Position numbers and translations under genes: made by a program. This document shows, one piece after another, positions 17,190 through 23,958 of a stretch of 64,000 nt of DNA; position 1 is the stretch's first letter; each line of letters opens with the position of its first letter. The stretch is taken from the NCBI GenBank assembly GCA_964413715.1, contig CAYPSN010000001.1, forward strand, positions 135,573 to 199,572, read 5' to 3'. Under the pieces are notes generated by a model. The model did no database searches. It was not told the origin of the DNA and was given only the letters and a program-made list of their open reading frames with translations. The DNA is from an uncultured Candidatus Saccharibacteria bacterium (GTDB lineage: Bacteria > Patescibacteriota > Saccharimonadia > CAILAD01 > JADZBC01).

Positions 17190-18161
17190 ATGGCCAAACT
17201 AACTAACCTGCGAACCGCCGAAAGTGTCAGCCCCAAGCACCCCGACAAATTGTGCGATCAAGTCAGCGATGCAATATTGGATGCATACTTAGCCAAAGAC
17301 CCTACGTCCCGAGTAGCAATTGAAGCACTTGGTGGGCACGGTCAGCTGGTGGTGATGGGTGAGGTTACCAGCACGGCGACGATAGACATTGCCCCAATTG
17401 TGCAGCGCATTGTGGGCGACATTGCACTCAGTACCATCATCGTGGAGCAAAGCCCCGAGATTGCCCAAGGAGTCGATACTGGCGGAGCTGGCGACCAGGG
17501 CATAATGATTGGCTACGCTTGCAGCGAAACACCCGAAGCCTTACCGCTCGAAGTAGTGTTAAGCCGTCAGCTCAATCAGTATTTGTTTGAGCGCTGGCCG
17601 TTCGATGGCAAAACACAAATAACGTTGCGAGGAGACCAGATTGTTGCCGTGGTGGCGAGTTTTCAAAACGCAGCTACCGACGAATTGAAACAGGCAATTG
17701 CCGAGTGGCTGCAAAGCAAGCCCACGAGCAAACAACTTGCCATTCACGCCAATCCGGCGGGCGAATGGCGCCAGGGTGGATTTAAGGCTGATACGGGCCT
17801 GACTGGTCGCAAGTTGGTGGTGGATAATTACGGCCCGCGCATTCCAATTGGCGGTGGTTGCTTTAGCGGCAAAGACGCCAGTAAAGTCGATAGATCGGCC
17901 GCTTACATGGCACGTAAGATTGCGCTGGATTATCTTCGTAAGCGTGAAGCAAGTGAAGTATTTACTAGGCTTGCGTATGCAATAGGCTACGATCAGCCAC
18001 TTGAGGCTAGTATCATAATTGACGGCAAACAAGAAGCCGTGGTTGGCTATGACTTGTCGCCACGGGGCATCATTAAGCAGCTTGACTTAACCAAGCCACA
18101 GTTTGAAGCCACGGCGCGCTATGGGCATTTTGGCCATGGTGAATTTAGTTGGGAGAAGTAA
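17190..18161 (+). CDS. metK: S-adenosylmethionine synthetase (short form, 323 aa)
   Basis: SESVSPKHPDKLCDQVSDAILDAYL and GAGDQGIMIGYA signatures. Confidence 0.85.
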   Translation: MAKLTNLRTAESVSPKHPDKLCDQVSDAILDAYLAKDPTSRVAIEALGGHGQLVVMGEVTSTATIDIAPIVQRIVGDIALSTIIVEQSPEIAQGVDTGGAGDQGIMIGYACSETPEALPLEVVLSRQLNQYLFERWPFDGKTQITLRGDQIVAVVASFQNAATDELKQAIAEWLQSKPTSKQLAIHANPAGEWRQGGFKADTGLTGRKLVVDNYGPRIPIGGGCFSGKDASKVDRSAAYMARKIALDYLRKREASEVFTRLAYAIGYDQPLEASIIIDGKQEAVVGYDLSPRGIIKQLDLTKPQFEATARYGHFGHGEFSWEK

Positions 18162-18198
18162 CGAAAACGAAAAACCGCCCACCAGGGCGGAATTTCGC
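18162..18198. terminator. bidirectional terminator CCGCCCACCAGGGCGG flanked by A5/T-rich tracts; copy 1 of a ~50-bp repeat
   Basis: perfect 6-bp stem, loop ACCA. Confidence 0.7.
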
Positions 18199-18215
18199 CC
18201 CGACGAGCGGGAGAG
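18165..18215. repeat. repeat copy 1 (GAAAAACCGCCCACCAGGGCGGAATTTCGCCCCGACGAGCGG), about 80% identical to copy at 19658..19712
   Basis: aligned by eye. Confidence 0.6.
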
Positions 18216-18218
18216 GGT

Positions 18219-18635
18219 CTAGTCGACCGGAACTGCTTGAGGCGTCGCACTGCCTGCGAGCACGACGCTAACGTCTTGCTCGAGATCTCGGGACATTGCC
18301 ACGTCCAGCGGCAACTCGCCATTCCGAGGTGAGGCCAGACGAGAGCACACCCTGTCGTACAAGCTGGCCGCAGCCGGCCCATGCGGCGCCAGCAAGATCC
18401 GATTGTTGTCCGCCATCAAGGAGACGTGCACTCCCTGGAGTCCTCGACAGAGATGGTTCACCGCCGAATATCCGACAGGCGTCAGTCGGCGACCAACAGC
18501 CAGGTGATAGGCGGCAGATCCGAAGTCAGCTCGAGAAGTTGGATCGACGTAGAGAGGTTCTTCGCTGGTCAGAACCAGCTCACCACCCCCTTCTGAGCGG
18601 TCGTAGGCAGTAACCCGAACTTGCATTTCTCTCAC
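18219..18635 (-). CDS. GC-rich hypothetical protein (138 aa)
   Basis: ATG with GAGAAAGTGAGAGAA upstream; likely co-transcribed with 18657..18902. Confidence 0.5.
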   Translation of the reverse strand: MREMQVRVTAYDRSEGGGELVLTSEEPLYVDPTSRADFGSAAYHLAVGRRLTPVGYSAVNHLCRGLQGVHVSLMADNNRILLAPHGPAAASLYDRVCSRLASPRNGELPLDVAMSRDLEQDVSVVLAGSATPQAVPVD

Positions 18636-18656
18636 TTTCTCGTTGTGGGGTGGGGA

Positions 18657-18902
18657 TTACTCGTTGGTTGGGCCGAAGTAGCCCTCATGCTCAAGCAGCC
18701 CTTCGAACCGGGCCACTCCATCAAGTGCGTTCTTGCGCATCCTTGCGCTGCGGTAATGCAGCTCACGCTTGATCTTGGGGTCCAACCTACGCATGTAGTA
18801 CGGATCCGAGAGCACACGTGCGATTACCTCGTCGCACCACTGGGTACTCATCTTGCTCGGGTATACACCTTTCGGTACATAGCGAGCGGGCCCTGTAGCC
18901 AA
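18657..18902 (-). CDS. GC-rich hypothetical protein (81 aa), TTG start
   Basis: GAGGAAGAG upstream of TTG; start uncertain. Confidence 0.45.
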   Translation of the reverse strand: MATGPARYVPKGVYPSKMSTQWCDEVIARVLSDPYYMRRLDPKIKRELHYRSARMRKNALDGVARFEGLLEHEGYFGPTNE

Positions 18903-18961
18903 ATTCTCTTCCTCTAGTTCGATGATGAGCGGATTACTACATTACCATGAAATAAGTATTC

Positions 18962-19016
18962 TTACAATAACGAAAGCCGCCCCACGGGGGAGAGGCGACT
19001 CTCTGCCGTGGGGCGG
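18962..19016 (-). terminator. terminator CCGCCCCACGG...CCGTGGGGCGG + CTTTCGTTATTG (minus strand)
   Basis: 11-bp stem. Confidence 0.65.
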
Positions 19017-19032
19017 ATGGGTTGTACTTGGG

Positions 19033-19584
19033 TCAGTCGAGGGTTGCGTCGGTAGTGACAACCTCGTTGGCCTTGGCCACGAAGCGTCCGAGGACGGCCA
19101 GCCCCTTGGGGCCGACGAAGGATGCCCGACGTGCATGGCGAAGAACGCTGCGAACCTCATCCTGGAACTCGGAGAAGTAAAAGACCTTGGCCAAGGTAGC
19201 CAGGTCAACCTCCCTTGCGCCTGCCGTTCGTGCAGGCATGAGCGGGCTGTCGCTGCAGCTGAGAGGATCCTCTTGCACGATGCTGACAGACATCCAGATC
19301 GAAGTGATCACCTTGACCAGGTATCCGGTCTCGCGCGGCGAAAGATCGAGGTTGCGACAGATCCGCTTGCGGACCACTTCCGTGATCATCACGCCGGACA
19401 AGTCGATCACCCCTTCAGGCGGACCATCAGAGCCCTTCTTCTGCTTCTTGCCGGACTTCTTCTTCGAAGCCCCCTTCTTCGGCGGCGCCTTGAGCTCGGC
19501 CTTCTTGGAGAGCTTGGGCTTCTTGCCCTTGCCCTTCTTGTTCTTCTTGGCGCCCTTCTTGGGCTCCTTCTTCTTGCTTGCCAT
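19033..19584 (-). CDS. protein with about 50-aa lysine-rich (AKKA/KKG) N-terminal tail resembling histone H1 / actinobacterial HupB C-tails, plus unknown C-terminal domain
   Basis: MASKKKEPKKGAKKNKKGKGKKPKLSKKAELKAPPKKGASKKKSGKKQKKG; high GC. Confidence 0.55.
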   Translation of the reverse strand: MASKKKEPKKGAKKNKKGKGKKPKLSKKAELKAPPKKGASKKKSGKKQKKGSDGPPEGVIDLSGVMITEVVRKRICRNLDLSPRETGYLVKVITSIWMSVSIVQEDPLSCSDSPLMPARTAGAREVDLATLAKVFYFSEFQDEVRSVLRHARRASFVGPKGLAVLGRFVAKANEVVTTDATLD

Positions 19585-19623
19585 GCCGCGCTTCTTTCTG
19601 TAGTTGGACGGCTGAACTTCGCA

Positions 19624-19652
19624 ATAATACTATATTTTGCGTAATAAATCAA
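19624..19652 (-). promoter_or_regulatory. sigma70-like promoter TTGATT-17-TATTAT(TGCG) (minus strand)
   Basis: read directly. Confidence 0.55.
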
Positions 19653-19657
19653 TACAA

Positions 19658-19712
19658 CCGAAGAACCGCCCACCAGGGACGGAATCTCCGTCCGCAGTGA
19701 GCGGATTGTTTT
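19658..19712. repeat. repeat copy 2 (GAAGAACCGCCCACCAGGGACGGAATCTCCGTCCGCAGTGAGCGG)
   Basis: aligned by eye to 18165..18215; contains hairpin GGACGGAGATTCCGTCC. Confidence 0.6.
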
Positions 19713-19729
19713 GGCAGGGTAGAGCTCTG

Positions 19730-20374
19730 CTAGCGATACCGATAGCGCCTCAGCCGTCGCCAGTAGGGCCAACGCCGCTTGAACTTGCAGCGCAAGCACT
19801 TGCAGACGTTCCAGTGCGTCCGACTGAACCGCTGGCAACGCCAACAGTGGCAGTGGCTGTGTTGCCGCCTTGGAGCGTCGCGCCAGTTCTTCCAGCGCGA
19901 AAACAGTGAGTTGTCATACCAGTACAGCCGCAGCTTGAAGCACTTATACAAGCACCAGCCCACTAGCTGCTCGAGACACAAACCAAGCAGCAAGGATCCG
20001 AAAGCGATCGCTGGCCAGGAATTAGCCAACGTAAAGCTGAACTTTTCACCTCCGCCCAAGTCGAGCATCCACAGAGTGTAGAGCCCACCGAGCGAGATGA
20101 GCAGACCAACTAGCCCCAACCAGCGCAGCGAACTACGCAAGCGTACTTCGCCAGCCTGATCATCGGCCTGGTCGTAGAACGGCGTGCGTTCATCCTTGCT
20201 TGAACCGAAGTGATCAGTATGAGTCTCTTCAACGATCAGGCCCCGCAGCCTATCCGCCTGCGGTGCTGGCTGGGCCATGAAGGCTTCGAGCGTGACCTCA
20301 AGCACAGGGTCCTCGGTGCCAAAAACCTCCTCGACAGCTGCGAAGAGGTCGTCTGGTACTTCATCGTCAGCCAC
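19730..20374 (-). CDS. membrane protein with acidic N-terminus, 2 TM helices and Cys/Arg/Trp-rich C-terminal tail (CxCxxC x2); 3' part uncertain
   Basis: GTG start with AAGGAGGT RBS; promoter TTGATT-17-TATAAA at 20417..20445 (minus); the C-terminal 75 aa also reads open in another frame. Confidence 0.4.
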   Translation of the reverse strand: MADDEVPDDLFAAVEEVFGTEDPVLEVTLEAFMAQPAPQADRLRGLIVEETHTDHFGSSKDERTPFYDQADDQAGEVRLRSSLRWLGLVGLLISLGGLYTLWMLDLGGGEKFSFTLANSWPAIAFGSLLLGLCLEQLVGWCLYKCFKLRLYWYDNSLFSRWKNWRDAPRRQHSHCHCWRCQRFSRTHWNVCKCLRCKFKRRWPYWRRLRRYRYR

Positions 20375-20445
20375 AGCCGACCTCCTTGATTCGATGTATA
20401 GGAACGAATAGATAGATTTATACGCTGATGAGCAGCATAAATCAA

Positions 20446-20850
20446 CCTAAACAAAAAGGGCCGGGGGTGGGGAGACGAATCCCCCCACCGCACGACCTCA
20501 ACTCGGAGGGATCGGGCCCGCAGACCATCCCAGCGCTCAGCACGCCCCCTTCGGCCGAGTAGCGTACGCCGCCACCGGTGCGATACGCCTCCCGGCGTAT
20601 CTTCCACAATCGTGGTGAGTCCCTGTCTTTCCACTGGGCAGTGGGTGAGTATTTTAGCTTTCCGCTGCGCCTCTACTGGCACTTTTACCTAGCTTATCCA
20701 GCACCCGAGCCCAGATTTGGCTGCTTCGGACAGGGGTGGGGGTCTTTAGGCTAGGAGAGAATCTGAGATTCTCTTAGTTTGGCCGCAAGCAGCCTAGATG
20801 ACGATGGTCACCATGTGGGCTATATTACGCCTTTTTTGAGTAAGTTCAAG
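20446..20850. ncRNA. candidate structured non-coding RNA or long structured UTR, class unknown
   Basis: about 400 nt GC-rich, no credible ORF/RBS; dense perfect hairpins (e.g. GATACGCC-tccc-GGCGTATC, GAGAGAATC-tga-GATTCTC); bounded by A5/T6 tracts. Confidence 0.3.
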
Positions 20851-20854
20851 CCTA

Positions 20855-21193
20855 TTATTTATTATCGGACTTTTCGTACTCGCGAATCTTGCGTCGTGCG
20901 ATTGTACTACGAAGCAGGTTGTTGAGGAATGCAGCAATAATACCAATACCGATGAGGAGATAGAAGATAGTAAAGAGTTTACCTAAGTCTGTCTTGGGCG
21001 TAATGTCGCCGTAGCCGACAGTGGTAAGAGTCACCACGCAAAAATAAAGGGAATCAAGCCAGCGTAAACCTTCTACGTAATGGTAGAACACCACGCCAAT
21101 TGCCAATACAGACATTACGCCGAGAGCGATGAGGCGAAAGTTACGCCGAATAGCGTGGGCTTCTTTGGGTGTTAAATCATCTTTGGGTTTCAT
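20855..21193 (-). CDS. minimal two-TM potassium channel (KcsA-like)
   Basis: TTVGYGD selectivity-filter signature between two TM helices. Confidence 0.8.
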   Translation of the reverse strand: MKPKDDLTPKEAHAIRRNFRLIALGVMSVLAIGVVFYHYVEGLRWLDSLYFCVVTLTTVGYGDITPKTDLGKLFTIFYLLIGIGIIAAFLNNLLRSTIARRKIREYEKSDNK

Positions 21194-21235
21194 AAACTTT
21201 ATTGTACCACGGGCCGTGATGGCCGAACGCTAGGG

Positions 21236-21263
21236 TTGCCATAACCTAAGCTTATGCTATAGT
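21236..21263 (+). promoter_or_regulatory. sigma70-like promoter TTGCCA-16-TATAGT driving the aroQ-tyrA leader
   Basis: read directly; ATG of leader peptide 7 nt downstream. Confidence 0.5.
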
Positions 21264-21269
21264 TATATC

Positions 21270-21335
21270 ATGTCAAAGCACGAACTTCGCGCATTTTCAT
21301 ACTATTACACCGACACCTTTCGTGGCGGCTATTAG
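21270..21335 (+). CDS. leader peptide MSKHELRAFSYYYTDTFRGGY (21 aa; 4 Tyr, 2 Phe) of a putative transcription attenuator
   Basis: leaderless ATG; Tyr-Tyr-Tyr run; 3' end (GTGGCGGCT) is complementary to the 5' arm of the downstream terminator (AGCCGCCAC). Confidence 0.5.
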   Translation: MSKHELRAFSYYYTDTFRGGY

Positions 21336-21367
21336 CATGTATTAAAGCTCATAAACAAACTATAAGT

Positions 21368-21390
21368 CAGCCGCCACACGGCGGTTTTTT
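21368..21390 (+). terminator. attenuator terminator AGCCGCC-ACAC-GGCGG + TTTTTT, 19 nt before aroQ ATG
   Basis: hairpin plus T6. Confidence 0.7.
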
Positions 21391-21409
21391 ATTTACAAGG
21401 AATTTAAAC

Positions 21410-21709
21410 ATGAACATACAAACAACTACATTAACAACTCTTCGGACTAAGCTTGATGCAATCGACGACCAGTTGATAAATATATTGGCAGAGCGGTTTG
21501 AACTCACGAGTCAGGTAGGCGAATACAAAGCCAAACACCATCTTCCTGCTATCGATTTGCAGCGAGAAGCAGAGCAGTTTACTCGAATTAGTGAACTTGC
21601 CCTAGCGAAAGGCCTCGACCAAGACTTCGCACGGTCCTTCTTGAGGCTGATCATTGACGAGGTCGTGCGTAATCACGAAGCAATCCGAAAAGATCAGAAC
21701 CATGTGTAA
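21410..21709 (+). CDS. aroQ: chorismate mutase (AroQ class)
   Basis: LRTKLDAIDDQLINILAERFELTSQVGEYK matches the AroQ fold consensus; 99 aa. Confidence 0.8.
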   Translation: MNIQTTTLTTLRTKLDAIDDQLINILAERFELTSQVGEYKAKHHLPAIDLQREAEQFTRISELALAKGLDQDFARSFLRLIIDEVVRNHEAIRKDQNHV

Positions 21710-22409
21710 ATCAATCACATCTATCGGAATAATCGGCAAAGGTGCATTCGGTACACTAGCATTTAGCCTGGTGCCCAGCGGTGTTGCTCGGCACACGTTT
21801 GGGCCAGAGGATAACCAAGAGCAATTCTTGAAAGTTGCGCACTGCGACGCCATTCTTCTTGCCATACCTCTAGGCTCCTACGAGGATGTATTAACAAGAC
21901 TCAAACCACATCTACACCCGGCAACCCTGCTGATTGATGTGTGCTCGGTTAAACTAGGGCCAGCGGAAATCATTGCCAGGCTGCTACCTGAACACAAGGA
22001 GGTCTTACTTACTCATCCACTATTTGGCCCCGAGACGTACTCACGAAGTGGCAGCAGTGCCACGCTCGTCGTTTGCACAGAGCTAACTGGGAAATCAAAG
22101 GATTTTATTAGGTTCTGCAGGGAACAGCTAAATATGAGCATAGTCGCCATGACACCCGAGAAGCATGATAAGGAAATGGCGTTCGTGCATGCCATGACGT
22201 TTTTTATAGCTCGTGGTCTGCGGGAAATCAATCTTGATCATCTCGTGCTTGAGACGCCGTCATTCCGGCATATCAAGCAACTAGCCCATCTGGATAGGAT
22301 ACATAGTCAGGAACTTTTTGAGACCATTGAGCTTGGCAACCCCTATGCAGCTATGGTCAGAGAACACCTCATCGCCAACCTGGAGCGAACCAACAATTCT
22401 CTAAAATAG
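21702..22409 (+). CDS. tyrA: prephenate dehydrogenase
   Basis: IGIIGKGAFG NAD-binding motif; start overlaps aroQ stop (ATGTGTAA). Confidence 0.8.
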   Translation: MCKSITSIGIIGKGAFGTLAFSLVPSGVARHTFGPEDNQEQFLKVAHCDAILLAIPLGSYEDVLTRLKPHLHPATLLIDVCSVKLGPAEIIARLLPEHKEVLLTHPLFGPETYSRSGSSATLVVCTELTGKSKDFIRFCREQLNMSIVAMTPEKHDKEMAFVHAMTFFIARGLREINLDHLVLETPSFRHIKQLAHLDRIHSQELFETIELGNPYAAMVREHLIANLERTNNSLK

Positions 22410-22482
22410 TAAATAACCTTAAGCGAAACGCCCACCTCCATGGGCGCTTCGTAAAGCGATGGAAGTGGGCGGGGAGCTGGCC

Positions 22483-22926
22483 CTAGTTGCGGACCACCTC
22501 GATGCACGGTTCCGTGACGGGGCCGACGACGAGCATCTGCGGCTCGCGGTAGACGCCGGTCGGGAGGTCGAGGAATGGGGCATCTGGCCCGTTGAGGAAC
22601 ATGTTGTCCTCGTCATCCCAGGATGGCTCATCTGCCAGCGCCATGGCGATCACCTCGTAGGTGTAGCCGGTCAGGATCTGGAAGTACTTCCGCACCGTCT
22701 CCTCGTCAGCTCGATCGTTGCCGTCAGCTTCGTTCATGAAGTCCGCCAGCTCGTAGCGATCTCGACAAGACTGGTTGTAGGTCACCCGCACGAAGTGCGT
22801 CATGCCGTTCTCGATGCAGAAGGACTGCACTCTCTCCGATGGAACGTCACCGATGACCAACAGCACGTGCTGGCTGGATCCCGAGTGGTCGGGAATGTCG
22901 ATGTATTCTCCTCCGGCTGCACCCAT
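22483..22926 (-). CDS. GC-rich hypothetical acidic protein (about 147 aa)
   Basis: start at MGAAGGEY (AAGGAGG 5 nt upstream) preferred over the longer track ORF; promoter TTGACA-17-TAATAT at 22998..23026 (minus). Confidence 0.5.
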   Translation of the reverse strand: MGAAGGEYIDIPDHSGSSQHVLLVIGDVPSERVQSFCIENGMTHFVRVTYNQSCRDRYELADFMNEADGNDRADEETVRKYFQILTGYTYEVIAMALADEPSWDDEDNMFLNGPDAPFLDLPTGVYREPQMLVVGPVTEPCIEVVRN

Positions 22927-23064
22927 GGCTGCCTCCTTGGTCCTGCTACTGGCTTCGGCCAGCACCTTACACACTGCGTGCAAGGAATTAGAGCATTATA
23001 TTAGTATAAATAACCTATTTTGTCAATGCTTACGGTTTTACAACAAGAGGAGTAAAATAGTGGT

Positions 23065-23958
23065 ATGAAAGCCGCCCTCAAAATATCTCGTGTTAGCAAG
23101 AAGTTTGGTAAAAAAACTGCCGTCAGTAACGTGAGCTTGGTAGTTTCCGAAGGAGAAATATTTGGTTTTTTGGGCCCGAATGGTGCAGGCAAGACGACTA
23201 CCATACGGCTCATCCTAAATCACATCAGCCCGAATGCTGGCCGCATTCATGTATATGGCAAAGACAGCGTACAGCACTACGAAGCAGTCCATGCACGCAT
23301 TGGCTACTTAGCAGGCGACATGGCGATGTATACGGGCCTGAGTGGCTGGAACTATCTGAAATTTATGATGAATTTACGCGGCATTCGCGACATGACAGAA
23401 GTGAATCGGCTGGCAGAGGTACTTGAGGCTGACTTAAAGCCGAAGATTAAAACCCTATCGCGTGGCAATCGCCAAAAAATCGGCATTATTGCTGCGATGG
23501 CACACAAGCCCAGCCTTTTGGTACTCGATGAGCCAACCAGCGGACTCGATCCGCTCATGCAAGAAGTGTTTTATTCACTACTGCGCGAGCACAAAAAAGC
23601 TGGTGGCGCGACGTTTATGTCGTCACACAACCTCGCCGAAGTCGAAAAGGTCTGCGACCGAGTTGGATTCATTCGCTCCGGCAAACTTATAGAGGTCAGT
23701 AGTGTACGCGAACTGCGCAAAGCGGCGACCAAAGAATATCGCATCACCCTGGCCAGCACGCCTAACCCAGCGCATTTCAAGAACTTCAGCAGTGTAAGTA
23801 ACGTCGAAATAAGCGGCAAGGAAATTACCTGCAGTGTGAAAGGCCGGCTCAATGAGTTAATTCGGGTACTGAGTAAATATGACGTGGTAAACATCGAAAG
23901 CCGTGAGCTCGAACTGGAAGAAGTTTTCATGAACCTATACGGAGAGCGCCATGTTTAG
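23065..23958 (+). CDS. ABC transporter ATP-binding protein
   Basis: Walker A GPNGAGKTT, signature LSRGNRQK, Walker B LLVLDEPT. Confidence 0.85.
   Translation: MKAALKISRVSKKFGKKTAVSNVSLVVSEGEIFGFLGPNGAGKTTTIRLILNHISPNAGRIHVYGKDSVQHYEAVHARIGYLAGDMAMYTGLSGWNYLKFMMNLRGIRDMTEVNRLAEVLEADLKPKIKTLSRGNRQKIGIIAAMAHKPSLLVLDEPTSGLDPLMQEVFYSLLREHKKAGGATFMSSHNLAEVEKVCDRVGFIRSGKLIEVSSVRELRKAATKEYRITLASTPNPAHFKNFSSVSNVEISGKEITCSVKGRLNELIRVLSKYDVVNIESRELELEEVFMNLYGERHV

Noticed and set aside
20236-20682. 148-aa minus-strand ORF
   Set aside because: No RBS or start context; lies in the hairpin-dense non-coding region; sequence is Arg/Trp-rich as expected for GC-rich non-coding DNA.
20446-20850. Possible tmRNA or RNase P RNA
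   Set aside because: I looked for tRNA-like acceptor/T-arm with CCA end, tag reading frame ending Ala-Ala-stop, and RNase P P4 strands (GGAAAGUCCGGGCU / ACAGAANCCGGCUUA). I found none. Left as unclassified structured region.
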